A stretch of 63,046 bases of DNA, counting the filler, from Squatina squatina (Eukaryota), in NCBI GenBank assembly GCA_031763465.1. It is 4 parts of 4 records of this genome, joined end to end, with 100 filler letters (N's around TTAATTAATTAA, not from the genome) between each part and the next. Parts side by side here need not be neighbours in the genome. Positions count along the whole stretch, not along the records: positions 1 to 19,075 come from JARFOE010000203.1; positions 19,176 to 34,384 come from JARFOE010000176.1; 2 more parts are not named here. One strand, 5' to 3'. Of the stretch, positions 10,511 through 22,085 are shown piece by piece. Both the position numbers and the translations under genes were made by a program. Position 1 is the stretch's first letter; each line of letters begins with the position of its first letter. The notes under the pieces were generated by a model. It had not been told where the DNA came from and searched no databases. It saw only the letters and a program-made list of their open reading frames with translations.

Positions 10511-11518
10511 NNNNNNNNNNNNNNNNNNNNNNNNNNNNNNNNNNNNNNNNNNNNNNNNNNNNNNNNNNNNNNNNNNNNNNNNNNNNNNNNNNNNNNNNNN
10601 NNNNNNNNNNCTTGCCTCTCCCTCAATGCTGTTGAGACCCTGCACTGTCCACTTGAGGTTTGATTTCTCAAATACACTTCTTGCCAGCTTCCCTAAATCA
10701 CAAGTTATTGAAAATGCTACAGCCCAGGTCCTCTCCCACAATCCAATCCTTGCCATCCTATACTAACTTCATGCACTCAAATGGATCAACTGTAAGATCG
10801 TCACGGTGTTCAAATCCCTACATGTGCTATCTCGTCCAGATATTCCTGGACAGACCTTCTACTCCTCCAATAACAATTTGCTCCCTCCACTCTACCATCA
10901 TAGAACAGTACAGCACAGAAGGAGGCCATCCGGCCCATCGAGTCTGTGCTGGCTTTGCAAATCACCTTAATATGTGCCCTCTAAAAATCCACCTTCTGTC
11001 CTGTATTCACAAGTCTCATAATAGCTTTCTCTTTGACAGTGCCTTTGCTTTCCCCCTCCCTAAACCCATTTTCCTTTTCTGCTCAATGACCAGCTGTCCT
11101 AAAGTGATCTGAACTCTTATTCTGTACATGGAGAACTATAGAAAAACTACTTGTCAGACAATTCACAAGTTTATTTTTCTTCCCAGTCTCTGATGTAGAA
11201 ATAAAAGGTCCTCATTTAAAAAAAAATCCAAGATGGTTTTGTGCACAGTCATGCAAAGATGAAAGGAACTAGCAAAGCTTTCATGTGCTGGCTAAGAGGA
11301 GCTCAGCTCTTGAACATTCCCATGCTAAGCCATTGAAGATCTCCATAAATTGCTGACTTGGATACTAGGCTGTGTCTGAAACAAATTACAGAGGGACAGA
11401 CCCAGTCTAGCTGGGACATCTAGTCAACTGGGTTTAGTCCTGTGAAACAGATCGCGTGTTTGTGATTTGCTAGGTTAGAATTTAATGACTTGTCTTTTTG
11501 CCTTCCTCCGATTGACAG

Positions 11519-11599
11519 ACATACAGCTGCCTACCTGCAGGGAAGTTTCAGCTCATCAGGCAAACCCTGCTTGTTTTCTTTCAGGACCTCCATATCCGA
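11519..11599 (+). CDS. OSCP1: OSCP1 exon (TYSCLPAGKFQLIRQTLLVFFQDLHIR)
   Basis: ttgacag| ... CGA|gtaagt, 81 nt. Confidence 0.93.
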
Positions 11600-11844
11600 G
11601 TAAGTGGACCCCGAGACCCTCCTAGGTTTTTTTTGATACCTCTATAGTTGAATAGCTTTCTGATGCGCTCTTTTTTGCCTCACACACGAAGAATGAGTGA
11701 CGGGTGGTACTTGGTGGTTACTGTACGCCAGCAAGAATCAGCAACTGTAGGATAGGAGGAATTAAAAAAAATAATAATGATGGCACTGTACACTTGCAGA
11801 TGTGATTTTATCGCTATTGAACATGTCATCATTTATCTCCACAG

Positions 11845-11948
11845 GTGTCCATCTTTCTGAAGGATAAAGTTCAGAATTCTAATGGCCGATTCGTGCTGCC
11901 AATTTCTGGGCCTGTTCCTTCGGGAACAGAGGTCCCTGGACTGATCAG
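11845..11948 (+). CDS. OSCP1: OSCP1 exon (VSIFLKDKVQNSNGRFVLPISGPVPSGTEVPGLIR)
   Basis: ctccacag| ... CAG|gtaagt, 104 nt. Confidence 0.95.
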
Positions 11949-12674
11949 GTAAGTTAGATGGTCTCACTCCCACAAATCTCTGCCCATTGTGACTCTTCCA
12001 TTCATGCTTCCCTGTACACACTCCCACCAGTTTCATTGTGGAAGAAGGGAAACTATTTGCTTTAATTGTTTCTGTTCTCTTATTCCTTGCCCCTATCCAA
12101 ATTCCACTGTTTTGGGTCCTCGCACATCTTTCCATGGCTATAGGTGAGTAAGTGATCTGTTTAGTTTTTTGGCAATTTTCTGCTATCTATGCTATCTGNN
12201 NNNNNNNNNNNNNNNNNNNNNNNNNNNNNNNNNNNNNNNNNNNNNNNNNNNNNNNNNNNNNNNNNNNNNNNNNNNNNNNNNNNNNNNNNNNNNNNNNNTT
12301 AATACCTGTGGGCTAAGTGGGCACATGAGCCTATTCGAGCATGTGGGAGGTTGTCACATACATGCCCAGTCCTGTCTTGTGCTGCACCAGACGTGCACCC
12401 TTTCCAGCAAGGCTTACTGGATAGCACTCATGAGCAGGGACCCCAGCTGGTTTGTGACCTATCTCGACAGTTGTGCAGTTTCCCCACATCCCACCCGGCT
12501 GGGAAGGGCCTGTTCAGCAACAAACCCAGGGAGCTAACCTCGGGCCCAGTCTCCAAGCAATGCCACACTGTGCACAGTGCATTTACCCACTCAGTCCATT
12601 GAGGATCTTGCTTTATTTCTTTTTACAAAGCAGCAGACCCCCGGTCAGATTTTGTGACTTATCCCTCTCTGCAG

Positions 12675-12791
12675 GACCAGCACCAGCACGAAGAGCTAGC
12701 TCGAATTATGGGAGAGTTCCATATCCAGGAGCAACCCAGGGACAGCTGCAGTAAAGGGGATGACCTCCTGGCCATGATGGACGACCTGTGA
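12675..12791 (+). CDS. OSCP1: OSCP1 last coding exon (DQHQHEELARIMGEF...SKGDDLLAMMDDL*)
   Basis: ctctctgcag| acceptor. Matches the human C-terminus EELARIMGEF...SKGDDLLAMMDEL. ATTAAA at 12994. The intervening exons are absent and presumably lie in the gap at 12199-12298. Confidence 0.93.
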   Translation, partial: DQHQHEELARIMGEFHIQEQPRDSCSKGDDLLAMMDDL

Positions 12792-13449
12792 CCTCCTACC
12801 AGTGAGCAGCTGTAGCGTCACCGTCTTTTCCACGTAACCTTCCTTGGCACAACATCGGTCGCTGGCTTTCAACCCTCTGAAGGAGTTATTTCTGCTAACG
12901 ACTCACTCAATTCCTGTACTAAGAACTGAACTCCCGTTCGGTACAGTTTTGTGCACCAACGCACCGTTTTATCCAGTTACATTCACTGTACATATTAAAC
13001 GAGCCAGACTGCGATCGTATTCACCAACGTTTGTGACCCTCAAAACCTGGATGGGGGATTGGAAAAACAATGGGGCAGGGTCACATTGTGAAGTGGGGGA
13101 GGCAGAGAGAAATGTTTTGGCTCAGCTGTGAATTTTTACTGATCAGTGAGCTGGAGACAAATTTGTATAGGATACAAGTGTTTTTTTTAATGTATTTTCC
13201 TGAGTGCACACCTGTGAAAAACAAGTCACACCCAGGTAAAACTGGGACTGTGGCTGATTACGTAGCCATTGTGGGGGGTCGGGGGGGGGGTGTAAAAATT
13301 ATATGGATGGTTGGCAAGAATGTAATGCCATTGACACGAGTCANNNNNNNNNNNNNNNNNNNNNNNNNNNNNNNNNNNNNNNNNNNNNNNNNNNNNNNNN
13401 NNNNNNNNNNNNNNNNNNNNNNNNNNNNNNNNNNNNNNNNNNNCCCCAT

Positions 13450-13590
13450 AGAGTTTTGGTGGGTAAGGGTATCAAGGGATATGGAGCAAAGGCAGGTAAG
13501 GGCAGATAAGGTGCAGATCAGCCATGATCTAATAGAACTCAGAGCAGGCTCGAGGGGCTGAATAACCTACACCTATTCCTAATGTTCCTG
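13450..13590 (+). mobile_element. CR1 LINE/SINE 3' tail
   Basis: taagggtatcaagggatatgg...gatcagccatgatct...gagcaggctcgaggggctgaat...cctattcctaatgttcc. This tail recurs across the window. Confidence 0.75.
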
Positions 13591-13752
13591 CCAGCACATC
13601 TCAGATACGCAATTGATTAGAAAGGGGATTGGACCTCGATCGGCCCATTCCATGATGCTGAGCGTTTCTGCTCCCACACTGCTTCCTGACAAAAAATCAG
13701 TGCAATTTCTCTGGTTTTATGATTTTTTTGATCTATTTTTTCACATTTGCAG

Positions 13753-13813
13753 GAAAGCAATGAGCTACTTACAGGAAAATGTGATATTCACAGAAAGTCT
13801 GAATTCGCACTAG
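13753..13813 (+). CDS. Candidate 61-nt internal exon of an unidentified gene
   Basis: Polypyrimidine tract plus tttgcag| acceptor and TAG|gtgagc donor. Frame 0 is open: ESNELLTGKCDIHRKSEFAL. Confidence 0.45.
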
Positions 13814-14334
13814 GTGAGCAACTCTCCCTCAAAACAATTGAGTGCTGGCATGTCAGGTATGCGGTAAATTTTATGTCCTTGTGCAGGAACCAGGACACAA
13901 CGCCGAGTGCGTAATGTATGTGCGCACACTTTAAACTGTGACCCTGAGGCACCTTGTAAATTTCCACTATACAAATAGTTTAGTTACGATTGTAACCACA
14001 GGAATGGATCCTGTTGGAAACTGTTCCACCTGATCTTTGATCAACCGCACTTGGCAGGTGTTGCCATGGTGAATAATCGCAAAGGCCTATTTGTCCCATA
14101 TTCTTACATTTCCGACATTACTGAAGCTGCTGTGCAGTTAAAACTTCTGAAGACAGGCAAAAGCCACAAACAATAATCTGCATTGTTAGTCAAGTTGCTT
14201 AAAATGACATCTCTTGAGATCAACGTAAATGACAAATTGTTTGCAAATCTAATATTTCAGGTTATTCACCGGTAATTTTTTGGCTTCCAACTTTGCTCTC
14301 GGGTTTGAGTGATAGGTTATTTATATATATATAG

Positions 14335-14815
14335 CTTGCAGGCGACGCAAAGCTCGGAAATGTAGTAAACAGTGAGGAGGACAATAACAGACTTCAGTAT
14401 ATAAAATGGAAANNNNNNNNNNNNNNNNNNNNNNNNNNNNNNNNNNNNNNNNNNNNNNNNNNNNNNNNNNNNNNNNNNNNNNNNNNNNNNNNNNNNNNNN
14501 NNNNNNNNNNNNGGATAAGGCAAATCTATTTCCTCTAGTGGGGGAGTACAGAACAAGGGGGCATAATCTTAAAATTAGAGCCAGTCCATTTAGGAGTGAA
14601 TCAGGAATTCAGGAAGGGTAGTAGAAATCAGGAACTCACCCAAATGGTGGTGGATGCTGGGACAATTGGAACTTTCAAGTCTAAGATCGATAGATTTTTG
14701 TTAGATAAGAGTATCAAGTTAGGTAAATGGGGCTGAAGTACAGATCAGCCATGATTTACTTGAATGGCGGAACAGGCTTGAGTAGCTGAAAAGGCGCCTC
14801 TTGTTCCTATGTTCC
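14335..14815 (+). mobile_element. CR1 LINE fragments (RT core and 3' end, split by a gap)
   Basis: LAGDAKLGNVVNSEEDNNRLQ (a degenerate FADDTKL motif), then LFPLVGEYRTRGHNLKIRASPFRSE and the CR1 tail. Confidence 0.8.
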
Positions 14816-16924
14816 TGAATCAACCTCTGCTGCTGTGTAGCTTCTAGCTACCACATCAAACACAGTTTGTGCATGCCATCTTAATGAAAGACTTAGTACG
14901 TGCAACATCTGCTAGTGTGAATTATTCACATGTGTTGCATGTTAATTGGTGTTTTGAGAATGATGGCAAAGGAATCCTGCAGAGGTTCTCCCTTTTGCTG
15001 TATGTAAACGAGATTAGCAGCGCAAAGACCTGAAAGACTGGATCTGTTGCAGCATTTGTGTTGCATAAAAGTTTAATGAATGTATCAGGAGGTAGCTTGT
15101 GCAGACAAGTTGTAACTTGTTCTTTGTCAGCCTGTGTGAATTGGACCCTGCTGACATTCTCTAAAATATCGCCACTCTGCTTGGCTTTTGAAAACCCAAG
15201 TTTCAGGAATCATTTTAGAAATCATTTTAACTTGCAAATGTCTTTCCTTAACAGAAGGACACTGCTTATCCAGAAGATGTGGTCTTTACTGCTTTATTTC
15301 CTAGCTTTGCTATTTAGTTAAAAGCTGTTTAAGTCTGCCAATTCTAATTGGTGGTGGAGAAAATCAAGTGCCTCTTCTTACTCATGTTTACCTGTAATGT
15401 GCATGAGTTTATTGGGAACAGTTAGGATTTTTTAGCCAGTGTTTGGATTCCATATATTCTACATAAGCTAAGTCGATCTGTGGTTGGGTGTGTTAACTGT
15501 ACCACTTTTTGGGATCATGTGCTGTTCAAAACTTTCATCTGTTTATGTTGCAGCTTGATAGTCTAGAGAATTAAAATAATAGCAAAAGGTTAAGCCNNNN
15601 NNNNNNNNNNNNNNNNNNNNNNNNNNNNNNNNNNNNNNNNNNNNNNNNNNNNNNNNNNNNNNNNNNNNNNNNNNNNNNNNNNNNNNNNNNNNNNNNCAGT
15701 TACATTTTGTGACTTATTTCAGACTGCTGTGACTTGCCCAATAGAAGGCGGCTGATAGGATGGGAGTTTTACCTGCCCCAAAAAGCTCTTTATTGCTATC
15801 ATGGCAGTGCTGCTTAAAGGCACACCATTGAAATCATCACTTAAGGAATGTCTTGGCACTCTGAAGGCAGCATTGGCACCTTGTTTACTGTGCCCCTCCC
15901 TACTAAAGGATATTTTAACCCCAAATTCATCTCTCTGATATTCAGGATTCTTGCTGCAGGCAATTTCAGCTGTGTAATCTTAAGCTCCAAGCTGCTATTC
16001 TCCAGGCCAGTTACATATTTTTACTGGAGTACCAGAAATATGCTGCCCAGTATTGTGCTTCAGTCTCAAAGAATTGTCATGCTGTGCAAAAGAGGCTTCT
16101 AAAAATGATCATTTTCCTGCCATATATTAATTTCCACACAACATCCCAGAACCTGAGCGAATCCAAGCTTGTCTTGGGAATAAACCTGTGGCTCTGGTTT
16201 AGGAAGTATACGTTCAGTCTGCAGTTTTGCTCGGGTACAGAGAATATTTTGAAAGCTGATCCTTGTAACCTTTTATGAAGCACAGTTGCAGCATAAGAGT
16301 AGAAAGTGCTCAGCTGTTGCTGCCAATGTTTGAGGACCTTTTTGAAAGCTCAATGGTTGTGACAGTTTTTTTGAGGTATGAAACGCAGCCGAGTGCTCAG
16401 AGTTCCAGTTTCCAGCTTGTGCTGAAAGGCTGTGAGCAGCATGTGTATGGAATGCACCGCACCAAGACAAGATCTTGCCACGTAATTGCAGAACTTGAGC
16501 TGCCTTCAGATCTGCAGCAGCTCACTGAGCTGGGGTGCCAGGAAGGGGGCTGAACTTCAGCTTAAATGTGAAACTGAGCCTCACCACAGATGGTTAGTGT
16601 CGTTTGTTCTTAAACTTTGAATGATTAAAACTGCTGCTACTTTGAGAACAGAGAAAAGTAATACAGGTACTTAATTTCCTGTCTACCCCCAGCTTGTGAG
16701 ATGTCTTAATGAGTTTACAGCAGAAATTGGCAGGGCTATTTTTTTCCCCTCTGATTGACAAGCCATATTTTTGTTGAGCGTGTTTTTCTTTTAACTTGAC
16801 ATCTATTAATATGTTTGTGCAGTTGACTGTTACTGCAGCAGTACTGTGATGTATCATTGCATTATTATGGAGTGTACACTGTGATGAGGAGGACAGTGAG
16901 CTATTACTGGAATTATGGACATGC

Positions 16925-17035
16925 GTCTCCATAAGTGGCTCAGTTGTAAGCATGTAACAAAGCCATACAGACCACAGTTCGATTCCTGGTCTGTTCATTT
17001 AGCTGAACTCAGCTTGGTTGTGAGGCTCTCGCTGT
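16925..17035 (+). mobile_element. tRNA-derived SINE head, decayed
   Basis: A-box-like TGGCTCAGTTG and B-box-like GTTCGATTCC, with no complete cloverleaf. Confidence 0.5.
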
Positions 17036-17780
17036 TCAGCCAACTTGAACAAGGTACTAGAGATTACCTTGTGGAACCCCAAGAGTCACAATACCTTGGA
17101 GAAATGGGGATACAGTTACAAAACCATAGCCGATCTTNNNNNNNNNNNNNNNNNNNNNNNNNNNNNNNNNNNNNNNNNNNNNNNNNNNNNNNNNNNNNNN
17201 NNNNNNNNNNNNNNNNNNNNNNNNNNNNNNNNNNNNNNNNNNNNNNNNNNNNNNNNNNNNNNNNNNNNNNNNNNNNNNNNNNNNNNNNNNNNNNNNNNNN
17301 NNNNNNNNNNNNNNNNNNNNNNNNNNNNNNNNNNNNNNNNNNNNNNNNNNNNNNNNNNNNNNNNNNNNNNNNNNNNNNNNNNNNNNNNNNNNNNNNNNNN
17401 NNNNNNNNNNNNNNNNNNNNNNNNNNNNNNNNNNNNNNNNNNNNNNNNNNNNNNNNNNNNNNNNNNNNNNNNNNNNNNNNNNNNNNNNNNNNNNNNNNNN
17501 NNNNNNNNNNNNNNNNNNNNNNNNNNNNNNNNNNNNNNNNNNNNNNNNNNNNNNNNNNNNNNNNNNNNNNNNTCTTAAGAGAGAGGCATATATTTTCTAG
17601 GTACTTGCAGTTAGTGTGTGTGTATACATATACATGCTTCTATTTACTTAGTGCCTCAATGCGTTAACATTTAAAGCGCTTCACATATTGAGTTATGTTT
17701 GAAGTGCCTGACTGTTGTTTTGGTTGTATTGTGTACAAGCTGTAACCCTTTACTGAGTGATTCCTCCTCTTTTTCAACAG

Positions 17781-17876
17781 CAATTCAGTGGTATTTCCGG
17801 TTGCTCATTTATGGAGTTTCTGAAGGGCAGCAGGGACTATTGCCAGGCACAGCACTGCCTCCTTGCAGACAAGTGA
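17781..17876 (+). CDS. Candidate terminal coding exon of an unidentified gene
   Basis: Strong acceptor ttcctcctctttttcaacag|. Reads QFSGISGCSFMEFLKGSRDYCQAQHCLLADK*, followed by U-rich UTR-like sequence and AATAAA at 18413. Confidence 0.5.
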   Translation, partial: QFSGISGCSFMEFLKGSRDYCQAQHCLLADK

Positions 17877-19075
17877 ACTCGAGGTCTCTCCCGATTCAAC
17901 TACTCCACCAGGAAACCACCTTAACCGGAAAAGTGCCAACAGCAAACTGGGATTCATCTGGATACTGGATTTAAAAATTGGATAGATTGAGAAGCAGAGG
18001 ACATTTGTTCTTTCGATGACCTAGCCTGGATGGGGTAAATCTGCTCGTGTTTTGTGCAATTGGATGCTTTAAGGAGCACCATTGCACAGACACCAACTGA
18101 AAAGTGCCAGTTTGAACTGGACTTTACAACAAGGGTGCTAAGTCCAGTTGAGTGAGTGGAGGTTTTAAAAGCACAAGTACCAACAGTGAAAAGGAACACG
18201 TGCAGCTTCAGAGTCTTTCCCCTTTTTTTTCTTTTTTTCTTTAGTTTTTTTTTAAAGTTGTACAAGTATTGCAGCCACAATGAACCGCCCAGCCCCAGTA
18301 GAAATCAGCTCAGAGAGTATGAGGTTTCTCATCACACACAACCCAACCGACGCTACCCTCAACAAGTTCACAGAGGTAAAAAAAACAATTTATCTAACAG
18401 GCCAACTTTGCAAATAAACTGATGCAATGTTTTTACTGTACTGTGCAATCCTCCCTGGTCTTTGGTTCAGATCTGGCCCAAAGGAGAAGACAAAACCTTT
18501 TAAAAGGAAATAAATGGTACTGTATGCTACCCTTTCACCTTCCTTGCACACCTCTCACTGCTGGATGGTGTCACTATGACACACTCGCCCAATACCCACC
18601 TGCATGCTGCATGTTTTTGTACTCTTGTTTTCAAAAGTTTAATGGCTAATGTATAGCTCTAGCAGGCCTCAGGAAGCAATCAGCATTTCATCAATCTCTT
18701 TTAAATTGCAGGCAAAGGAAGCTCACAATAGAAGGGGGAAGCTGAAAACTAGAGTGGGCAGTTGGGCACATCAAATCTCATGCCCTTGATGTGTCTAGAA
18801 GAACTCACCCTGGACGTATTGCACCACCACTCCATAGTCAGATTGAAAAGACTCATGCAGGTGACAAACCTGAATCTGAAGGCTAGTACCCCTTCTTCCA
18901 TCTTTTTTTTCCCTCAATTAGTCCCTTCACTCAATTATCCTGCCAATAGACAACGTACCTATCATCACTACCTATCATCATATCCATGGCTACTGCGTTC
19001 CAAGAAGTGACTTGGAGGTTCCAAGATGTGCTTCTCTTTGTGTTTCTGTAGGGCTGCCTGAGGAGCTACAAGTCA

Positions 19076-19175
19076 NNNNNNNNNNNNNNNNNNNNNNNNN
19101 NNNNNNNNNNNNNNNNNNNTTAATTAATTAANNNNNNNNNNNNNNNNNNNNNNNNNNNNNNNNNNNNNNNNNNNN
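19076..19175. other. Artificial scaffold-joining spacer (N44-TTAATTAATTAA-N44)
   Basis: An all-frame stop palindrome sits at 19120-19131, centred in 100 nt. The identical construct occurs three times. Confidence 0.95.
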
Positions 19176-20624
19176 TATAAATCCAACTCTTTCTTTCAAA
19201 CAAATCTATGATCATTTCACCAAATTACATGGGGCCAGATTAAACTATCTTGGAAGTTTTGCTGCACAAAACCCAAGAAAAAGGAAGAGATAAGCAAGAA
19301 GTTCATTATAAAACATGCCCCAGACAGTAATAAAAAACAGATCCAGCTTTCTGCATGAAAGATTTGTTGTCTGGAACACAGCAGTTCTACAACACAAAAT
19401 TAATACTTGAATCATAATAAGGAACCAACTCACCATTCCTTCACATGAACTTCTGTGATCCCTTCTCCAATGTCAGAAAGTTTAAACTGAACAACCTGGC
19501 CATTAACAGCTGTAAAAATAAATAAAGTCAGGTTAACATCTGATTCAAGTAATTTAATTGAACTACAGGTTCAACAAGAAACTAGAACATATTTTAGTTA
19601 CCAGCAGAAGTTCTGAAAAATCTCAATTGTGCACTGATTCGAAGAGGTGACTTGTTAAATGCAGAGTATTCTGGCTTCACAAAATGAGCATTACTACAAC
19701 ACCTATAATGGTGCACACGTACCTGGCAGAGAGACAGAGACACAGTTAATGGATGTAATAACACAGTGGCAGGTTTGTAGTTACAAGAATCAAGGTTCTT
19801 TTCGGGTTGGTAATGGGGAAATCCAGGAATTTCACAATTGTAAGTCATAGGTTGTATACTAGAGTTCACCAATGAGCACTGGATCATCATATCTGGTAAT
19901 TTCTGAAATTTCTATGCTCATTAGTGAGAAACATCTATGCTGAAAATGCAACATATTCCATTTCTGAGATCACTGTCAGCATTGAACACGCCCAGGTGAA
20001 AGAGTACAATGAGAGGCAGAGTGAATTTCCTTGTACACTGCCCCAACACGACTTAATATAACCTCAAAAAAAGTGTGTCCCATGCTCCACCATCAGTGTG
20101 AAATGCTTCAATTTTCCCCACCAACCATCCTTGTAGCACCTGCATAACTGATCTGTAACTTACTGAAAAACATTTTCTCAGACTCATTTATCATTATCAT
20201 AGAATGTAACTGAGAATTAAAGTAAAAAGCTGCCATAAAAAGCAACCCAGCACTATCGATAATGAATTCCAACCCAGATATACAGCACAGGTCTGGGGTT
20301 TGCATATATTCAAATGTAGTTGCATCAGGCAGCCACTTAACCTACAATTAGAAAAATTAATAATGGGCAAGTGTCATCTCAATTATTTGCTATTTCAATT
20401 TCTCCTCCACCTGGTCTATGGCAGTCTCTAATTTCTTCTCCCTCGTACATCTGTCTTTGATCCACACCCCATACATGAGCATGCACTCGCCAGCTAGCCA
20501 GTAGTGGTGCCATCATTTATAATTTCTGTCACCGAGTGACAGAAAACAAAAAAGGAATGTTATTAGGTGTTGTAGCTATTAACTATAGTACTAGTGAAGC
20601 CCTTTCACTAGCACTATTGGTACA

Positions 20625-20730
20625 GCTATGGAGATCTGGCAGGAAGGTGGAGTTGAGGTTGAAGATCAGCCATGATTTTATTGAAGGCAGAGCAGGCTTG
20701 AGGGCCTTCTCCTGCTCCAAGTTCTTGTAT
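20625..20730 (+). mobile_element. CR1 LINE/SINE 3' tail
   Basis: ggcaggaaggtggagttgaggttgaagatcagccatgat...ggcagagcaggcttgaggg...ctcctgctcc. Confidence 0.7.
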
Positions 20731-21035
20731 AGCTTTGCCCCAGCAGCACAAGCTATATTTCACCACTAGAGAAGCACCGGATTCAAACTGCTGGGCAGNN
20801 NNNNNNNNNNNNNNNNNNNNNNNNNNNNNNNNNNNNNNNNNNNNNNNNNNNNNNNNNNNNNNNNNNNNNNNNNNNNNNNNNNNNNNNNNNNNNNNNNNCT
20901 AGAGGGACCACACTCAGTGTGACCTATCCACATAACTGCTTATTGTGGGCTGCATTCTTAAGTGGACCTTAGCTGGATCTATTTTCAAATTACATTTTCT
21001 TTCTATCTGAAATAGCTTATCTTTCTCCAATCTAG

Positions 21036-21233
21036 GCTGCTGTGCGAAAAGAGGAATGGAAACCCATACAAGAGCAGGACTCTCAAAAACGACATGCTGG
21101 AAAGAGCATTCATCAGCCACCCACGAACCCCCCACCACGACCACCTGCTGAACATCGACGGAAACCAGTGGATGATGAACTATCTGGGGCTGCCTATGTC
21201 CATGCCACACCAGTCACTCTTAACTCAGACTGA
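21036..21233 (+). CDS. Candidate terminal coding exon, proline-rich, gene not identified
   Basis: Acceptor ctttctccaatctag|. Reads AAVRKEEWKPIQEQDSQKRHAGKSIHQPPTNPPPRPPAEHRRKPVDDELSGAAYVHATPVTLNSD*, with protein-like composition and PxxP motifs. Confidence 0.6.
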   Translation, partial: AAVRKEEWKPIQEQDSQKRHAGKSIHQPPTNPPPRPPAEHRRKPVDDELSGAAYVHATPVTLNSD

Positions 21234-22085
21234 TGTCATTAGAGGAATCATCACTGTAATTACTTAGCTATCTTTTTCTATTTGTTCCTGGGATGTGGGC
21301 ATCGCTGCCATTCTGATGACAGAGCAGTGTGACCATGGGGCTACCTGACACTCCAGGCCTGGATATGCTGTGGCTGCTCTTCCCCCTTCATTCTGATGGC
21401 ACAGAGCACTATGGCCATAGGGAAAGCCATTCCCTGTCTGAAGTCAATCTGAGTGTGGGTTGGGGAACCTGGGGTTTCCAAATTCTGTGGAGATGAAAGC
21501 ACAACGGATTAAAGGAAGTGCAGGTGCCAGTGATAGAACATCTGAAGGAATGGGCTTATAAAAACCTGTTATCAATAAGTGAAGTTGCTGCACTCTTCAA
21601 CTCATCAGCCACTCACTCAGCTGTTTCACTGGGTTTTTTTTAGGTGTAACTTTACATTACATGCCATAAACCCAGGAAACTTTTGTGTATTTGAACACAA
21701 ACTCAAAATTACCCCATTGTTTCTTTAATGAGCACTATTATACTTTTGCACATACAGATAAAGTTTATTGTTTGTATTTTTTAATATTGTTGGGTATGAT
21801 TTTATTTGAACTTTATTTGATGAAGTTGACTCATTCTTGTCCCTCTTGAAGCTACTCAATAAGTCAGTATAATCTCAACCTAGGTAAACCCCAGCATGCC
21901 ATGGAGTCTGAGACCAAGCAAATGTTATGGTGAACAGGTTTTGTCTTGTGCATGTACATTGGGATTATTGTAGATGTGTGAAGGATTCAATTCGGAAGTT
22001 AACAATGATGTATCGGGATTTAGATTTCCACTGAAAGGAACTGGACCCTGTAAAGTTACATAAAATTTCATGCTTAAGCAATCAA

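Noticed and set aside
16275-16553. 92-aa ATG-initiated ORF
   Set aside because: No recognisable domain or convincing splice sites, and the length is within chance expectation.
16925-17035. Possible tRNA gene
   Set aside because: It has only A/B-box-like motifs and no cloverleaf, which fits a decayed SINE head.
19120-19131. TTAATTAATTAA as a piggyBac TSD or homeodomain site
   Set aside because: It is embedded symmetrically in Ns three times and is a synthetic linker.
21306-21401. C/D-box snoRNA-like layout (TGCCA-TT-CTGATGA...CTGA...CTGA-TGGCA)
   Set aside because: The boxes come from an imperfect direct repeat (cattctgatg..acagagca twice), the 5' stem overlaps a LINE tail fragment, it lies in a presumed 3' UTR, and I found no convincing guide complementarity. 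cmscan or snoscan would settle it.
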